NCBI GenBank assembly: GCA_964508365.1
Contig: CAZDTP010000092.1
Span: 1 to 10,773, forward strand
Length of the DNA: 10,773 nucleotides
Reading direction: 5' to 3'
From: an uncultured archaeon
Lineage (GTDB): Archaea; Asgardarchaeota; Lokiarchaeia; Sigyniarchaeales; SOKP01
Under the pieces are notes generated by a model that saw only the letters and a program-made list of their open reading frames with translations, had not been told where the DNA came from and ran no database searches. A program made the position numbers and the translations under genes. Shown here in pieces: positions 7,650-10,773 of this stretch (position 1 is its first letter; each line of letters begins with the position of its first letter).

Positions 7650-8060
7650 ATGACAGAAAATATAAATGAGAGAAAAATAATAGCTTTTGGATGCGAAAAA
7701 TGAGGTTACTCTGCAGCCGATTTAACTGGTACTACGAGAAAATCTTATTCCCCTAATTTCCATTTAATACGAGTAAGGTGTACGGGAAGAATAGGAATTC
7801 ATCTAATTATGGAGAGTTTCTTAAATGGAGCTGATGGAGTCGCGATCATTTCTTGAAAAGAGGGAGAATGTGAATTTGGAAATGGAAACATGAATACCTA
7901 CGAACATGTAAAGTTTTTAAAAAGACTATTCAACCATTTAGGTCTAGCTGAAGAAAGAATCCAACAGTATTTTTGTTCTGCAGCGGAAGTTGAAAAATTC
8001 ATCAAATCCGTAGAAGACATCACGAGCAAGGTTGAAAAACTTCCTCCTCTACCAAAATAA
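7650..8060 (+). CDS. mvhD: MvhD/VhuD [2Fe-2S] hydrogenase delta-type subunit, 136 aa, probable selenoprotein with two in-frame UGA (codon 18 at 7701-7703 and codon 69 at 7854-7856). Absent from the ORF track.
   Basis: Manual translation: MTENINERKIIAFGCEK-U-GYSAADLTGTTRKSYSPNFHLIRVRCTGRIGIHLIMESFLNGADGVAIIS-U-KEGECEFGNGNMNTYEHVKFLKRLFNHLGLAEERIQQYFCSAAEVEKFIKSVEDITSKVEKLPPLPK*. It matches the MvhD motifs CxxCxY..AD..G, +RV.C.GR+, GADGV...GC..G.C and G+..ER+....SA.E. Confidence 0.93.
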
Positions 8061-8064
8061 AAAA

Positions 8065-8144
8065 TTAATCCGAATAAGAATGATCCTTCTAAAAAAACCT
8101 AGTTAGGAGGTAACTAACTCCCAGCGAGAGTATTCGGAAATTAA
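8065..8144 (+). promoter_or_regulatory. Candidate SECIS element (structured RNA in the mvhD 3' UTR / mvhD-frhB spacer)
   Basis: Perfect 8-bp basal stem TCCGAATA(8069-8076)/TATTCGGA(8131-8138), extendable by TTAA/TTAA. AUGA at 8080-8083, stem CCUUCU(8085-8090)/AGGAGG(8105-8110) and an apical A7 run (8091-8097). It starts just after the stop of a double-UGA gene. Folded by eye only. Confidence 0.6.
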
Positions 8145-8177
8145 GATATAGATTAAAACAACCAGAGTTTAAATAAA

Positions 8178-9671
8178 ATGAGTTTTGAGCTTAAAATTAC
8201 AAAGGAAGGTTTAAAAGATATAGCCGTTACCGTAGATTCGTATCGGATCCGCGTGTTAATTGATGCCAAACAAGAAATTCTAAATTCTGGTGTCTACAAC
8301 GAGGAACAGTACAATAAAATTTTATTCAAAATGTTTGATGATGAGCTTATTAAATATAAGCTCTACAATTTTCTAACTCGTAAAAAATCTAACGATTTTA
8401 AGGCTTTAAAAAAATTTTCGGATAAAAATTCTATAGAAATCAGTAAAACGCTGAGTTTGTTAGAGTTACTGAAAAATGAGAGTCTGGTTGCAGTGAACGA
8501 AATCTATGACCAAGTTGAAGGAGATGAAAATACTCCCACTGTGACTACTTTTAAGGATTTTGACATAAAAAGCTTCGATATTGATCCTTCAAAAATAAAA
8601 TCAATTTATGAACCTGTTGAAATTATTTTTGAAACTCATAACTGTTCTGGATGTGGTTTATGCGCTGGTATTTGTCCTGTAAATTGTATAGATGTTTACA
8701 ATGGTTTCGGTAAAATTGATGAGCTTAAATGCATAAAATGCGGTCTCTGTTATTATGTTTGTCCACGTACTTACTTACCTGTAAGTGTTTTAAACATGAC
8801 TCAAGAAGGAGCCTCACAGATTAAAAACTATTCTAAAGTAGGATATTTTTTAGAAGCATATTCGGCAAGGACCAAAATTGACGAAATTGCTAAATCTTGC
8901 CAAGACGGAGGAATAACAAGCACTTGTTTGCATTACTTATTTGATGCTAATATTATTGATATAGCATTAGGCGCTAAAATGAGTAAGACTCCGTGGAGAC
9001 CTGAACCAATTATCTTAGAGAATAAAGAAGATATTCTTCTAACCACGGGAACTAAATATGTAAACAACCCAAATTTAAAAAGTTTAAGCGAGCTTAATAA
9101 GAGAAACGCTAACTTGGCAGTGGTTGGAGTTCCTTGCATGATGCAAGCTTTACTCAAATCAGATATCTACAATATTGGCATTCCCGCATTGAATCAAATC
9201 AAATATCGCATCGGGATTTTTTGTATGGAGTCGTTCTCTTACGAATCTTTGCTAAAAATTTGCGAACTACTAAAAGTTGATGTTAATGACATAAAGAAAA
9301 CAGATATAAATAAAGGGAAGTTCTTTGTATACACTAAATCTGGTGATGAATTAACCATACCTATTAAAGAGATAGGGGGCCTAGCCCGAGAGGATTGCGA
9401 AGTCTGCTTTGATTTAACTTCTGAATCCGCTGATATTTCAATTGGCTCTATAGGATCACCTTCAGGGTGGAATACTGTTCTCATCAGAACCGAAGTTGGA
9501 AAAGAACTCTATAATAAACTAATTGAAAACGATTTAATTGAATCAAAAGAACTTTCTGAAGTTAAACCAGGTTTACCACTCCTTGAAAAAATCGCTACAT
9601 CAAAAAAAACTAAATGTAATAAACATATTGATAAAAAAAAAGAAGAAAATCTAAGATTCCCTCGATATTAA
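8178..9671 (+). CDS. FrhB/FdhB-family F420-binding FAD/Fe-S protein with a 2x[4Fe-4S] ferredoxin domain and a ~150-aa N-terminal extension, 497 aa
   Basis: Ferredoxin motifs CSGCGLCAGICP and CIKCGLCYYVCP. FrhB motifs QDGG, GTKY, VGVPCMMQAL, IGIFCMESF and CEVCFDLTSESADISIGSIGSPSGWNTVLIRT. Confidence 0.9.
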   Translation: MSFELKITKEGLKDIAVTVDSYRIRVLIDAKQEILNSGVYNEEQYNKILFKMFDDELIKYKLYNFLTRKKSNDFKALKKFSDKNSIEISKTLSLLELLKNESLVAVNEIYDQVEGDENTPTVTTFKDFDIKSFDIDPSKIKSIYEPVEIIFETHNCSGCGLCAGICPVNCIDVYNGFGKIDELKCIKCGLCYYVCPRTYLPVSVLNMTQEGASQIKNYSKVGYFLEAYSARTKIDEIAKSCQDGGITSTCLHYLFDANIIDIALGAKMSKTPWRPEPIILENKEDILLTTGTKYVNNPNLKSLSELNKRNANLAVVGVPCMMQALLKSDIYNIGIPALNQIKYRIGIFCMESFSYESLLKICELLKVDVNDIKKTDINKGKFFVYTKSGDELTIPIKEIGGLAREDCEVCFDLTSESADISIGSIGSPSGWNTVLIRTEVGKELYNKLIENDLIESKELSEVKPGLPLLEKIATSKKTKCNKHIDKKKEENLRFPRY

Positions 9672-9680
9672 GTAATAAAA

Positions 9681-9697
9681 TTCCTCCCTCTTTTTCT
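9681..9697 (+). terminator. Possible pyrimidine/oligo-T terminator ending the hdrA-mvhD-frhB unit
   Basis: TTCCTCCCTCTTTTTCT lies 9 nt after the frhB-like stop. Confidence 0.35.
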
Positions 9698-9741
9698 CAA
9701 ACAAACCTTCTTTACTACTAAACCAAAAAATTAATATTAAA

Positions 9742-9749
9742 TTTTATAT
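9742..9749 (+). promoter_or_regulatory. Putative TATA box of the rps13-rps4 operon
   Basis: TTTTATAT is about 40 nt upstream of the rps13 ATG, compatible with a short 5' leader. Confidence 0.3.
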
Positions 9750-9786
9750 TAAGAATTATAAGAATAAGAAACATAATATCGGTAAA

Positions 9787-10266
9787 ATGAGTTTAACTAC
9801 TAGACCTAGCAACTTTCGGGAAAAAGTGTTTTTTCGAAAACTCCGATCTCAAGTTGATGGAAACGCAAAAGCAGAATATGGATTAACTCAAATAAGAGGA
9901 ATTGGAAGGAGATTCGCTCAAGCAATTGTAATGATTGCAAAAATCGACCCTAATTTAAGGATTGGTGCCATTACCGAAAAGGATTTAAACAAGATTGAAG
10001 AAATAATCTTAGATCCTATTACACAAGGTATCCCAACTTGGATGGTAAATCGTAAAAATGACCTAGTTACCGGGGAGAGCTTACACATAATCGGAAATCG
10101 ACTCGAATTATCGGTAAGACGAGATATCGATAGAATGAAACGCATCAGAAGTTATAAAGGCGTTCGACACCACCGCGGTCTTAAAGTTCGAGGTCAAAGA
10201 ACTAAAAGCACTGGACGACACGGACTAGTCGTTGGTGTTATGAGAAAAAAGAAAGGACAACCATAA
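9787..10266 (+). CDS. rps13: 30S ribosomal protein uS13 (archaeal S13p), 159 aa
   Basis: GLTQIRGIGRRFA, P.WMVNR..D..TG...H+, DIDRMKRIRSYKGVRHHRGLKVRGQRTKSTGRHG. Confidence 0.98.
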   Translation: MSLTTRPSNFREKVFFRKLRSQVDGNAKAEYGLTQIRGIGRRFAQAIVMIAKIDPNLRIGAITEKDLNKIEEIILDPITQGIPTWMVNRKNDLVTGESLHIIGNRLELSVRRDIDRMKRIRSYKGVRHHRGLKVRGQRTKSTGRHGLVVGVMRKKKGQP

Positions 10267-10271
10267 GGTGA
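10266..10271 (+). promoter_or_regulatory. Shine-Dalgarno AGGTGA for rps4, overlapping the rps13 stop
   Basis: TAAGGTGAATAAACATCGGAGAT: the SD ends 6 nt before ATC 10278. Confidence 0.75.
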
Positions 10272-10277
10272 ATAAAC

Positions 10278-10773
10278 ATCGGAGATCCAAGAAGGTTAAA
10301 GAAAAAATTTAAAAAACCTAAACGCCCCTTTGAAAAAGAAAGACAAGCCGAAGAACTCGAGTTTCTAGGAAGATTCGGTCTTAGAAACAAACGTGAGTTT
10401 TGGAAAATGCGTACCACACTCGGCAATTGGCGGAGTCTTGCGAGACAGTCCAGAACAATGCCTCAAGAAAAAGCTATTGAAGTCCAACAAACTCTAATTA
10501 AAAAGTTAGTTAAACTCGGAGTTTTAGGTTCTGAAGCGGGATTTGAAGATGTATTATTACTTACCGTTGAAGACCTACTAAAACGAAGATTACAAACGCT
10601 TGTTTTTGAGAAAGGTTATGCTAAAACTATCTATCAAGCCCGACAATTCGTCGTTCATGGCCATATTCAAGTAAAGGGCAAAAAAATTAACGCACCTTCT
10701 TACATCGTTAAAAAAGAAGAAGAAGACATGATAGGATATACTCCTAGCAGTCCACTCTCCACAGTTAAAGAAA
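10278..10773 (+). CDS. rps4: 30S ribosomal protein uS4 (archaeal S4p), truncated by the window end, probable non-canonical ATC start. Not in the ORF track.
   Basis: Translation (M)GDPRRLKKKFKKPKRPFEKERQAEELEFLGRFGLRNKREFWK...LTVEDLLKRRLQTLVFEKGYAKTIYQARQFVVHGHIQV...APSYIVKKEEED matches archaeal uS4. It follows rps13 as in the conserved S13-S4-S11-RpoD operon. Confidence 0.96.
   Translation, partial: MGDPRRLKKKFKKPKRPFEKERQAEELEFLGRFGLRNKREFWKMRTTLGNWRSLARQSRTMPQEKAIEVQQTLIKKLVKLGVLGSEAGFEDVLLLTVEDLLKRRLQTLVFEKGYAKTIYQARQFVVHGHIQVKGKKINAPSYIVKKEEEDMIGYTPSSPLSTVKE

Noticed and set aside
7701-7730. Bacterial-type SECIS hairpins immediately 3' of the UGA codons (e.g. GGUUA...UAACU after 7701)
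   Set aside because: Only weak, inconsistent pairing, with no shared structure after the four UGAs.
5685-7856. Genome-wide reassignment of UGA (Trp/Gly/Cys code)
   Set aside because: No in-frame TGA appears in the other nine genes, Trp is encoded by TGG, and the many other Cys use TGT/TGC. The pattern is site-specific.
5631-9671. hdrA, mvhD and the frhB-like gene all lie in the same reading frame (possible giant read-through fusion)
   Set aside because: The spacers contain several in-frame TAA/TAG stops (7638, 8100, 8115, 8142, 8154). mvhD has its own SD and ATG and the frhB-like gene its own ATG. A shared frame arises by chance 1 time in 9.
1749-10426. Short track ORFs 1749-1931(-), 3198-3416(+), 3462-3659(+), 4109-4378(+), 4965-5150(-), 5672-5863(-), 6163-6372(+), 6399-6752(-), 8933-9157(-), 9239-9484(-), 9918-10145(-), 10238-10426(-)
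   Set aside because: All overlap well-supported genes antisense or out of frame and show no recognisable motifs. They are treated as shadow ORFs.

Overview
AT-rich archaeal core-genome window, most likely from an Asgard (Lokiarchaeia/Promethearchaeota-like) organism. This is inferred from a Rab-like small GTPase, archaeal-type uS13/uS4 and Sec-type HdrA/MvhD. Gene order: trmB-family regulator, Rab-like GTPase, cofC (+); long coiled-coil protein, serS, 61-aa hypothetical (-); hdrA, mvhD(vhuD), Fd-FrhB, rps13, rps4 (partial) (+). The ORF track misses or misdraws several genes for two reasons. (1) UGA recoding: hdrA (5631-7628) and mvhD (7650-8060, absent from the track) each contain two in-frame TGA codons at conserved Fe-S cysteine positions. 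That gives four probable selenocysteines in one apparent transcript. The only obvious structured element nearby is a hairpin at 8065-8144 with an AUGA core, K-turn-like geometry and an apical A-run, a candidate eukaryote-like SECIS possibly shared by both genes. (2) Non-AUG initiation: rps4 appears to start at ATC and the GTPase at ATT, each behind a Shine-Dalgarno motif with an in-frame stop just upstream. Three more genes start at TTG. No tRNA, rRNA, CRISPR array or mobile element was seen.
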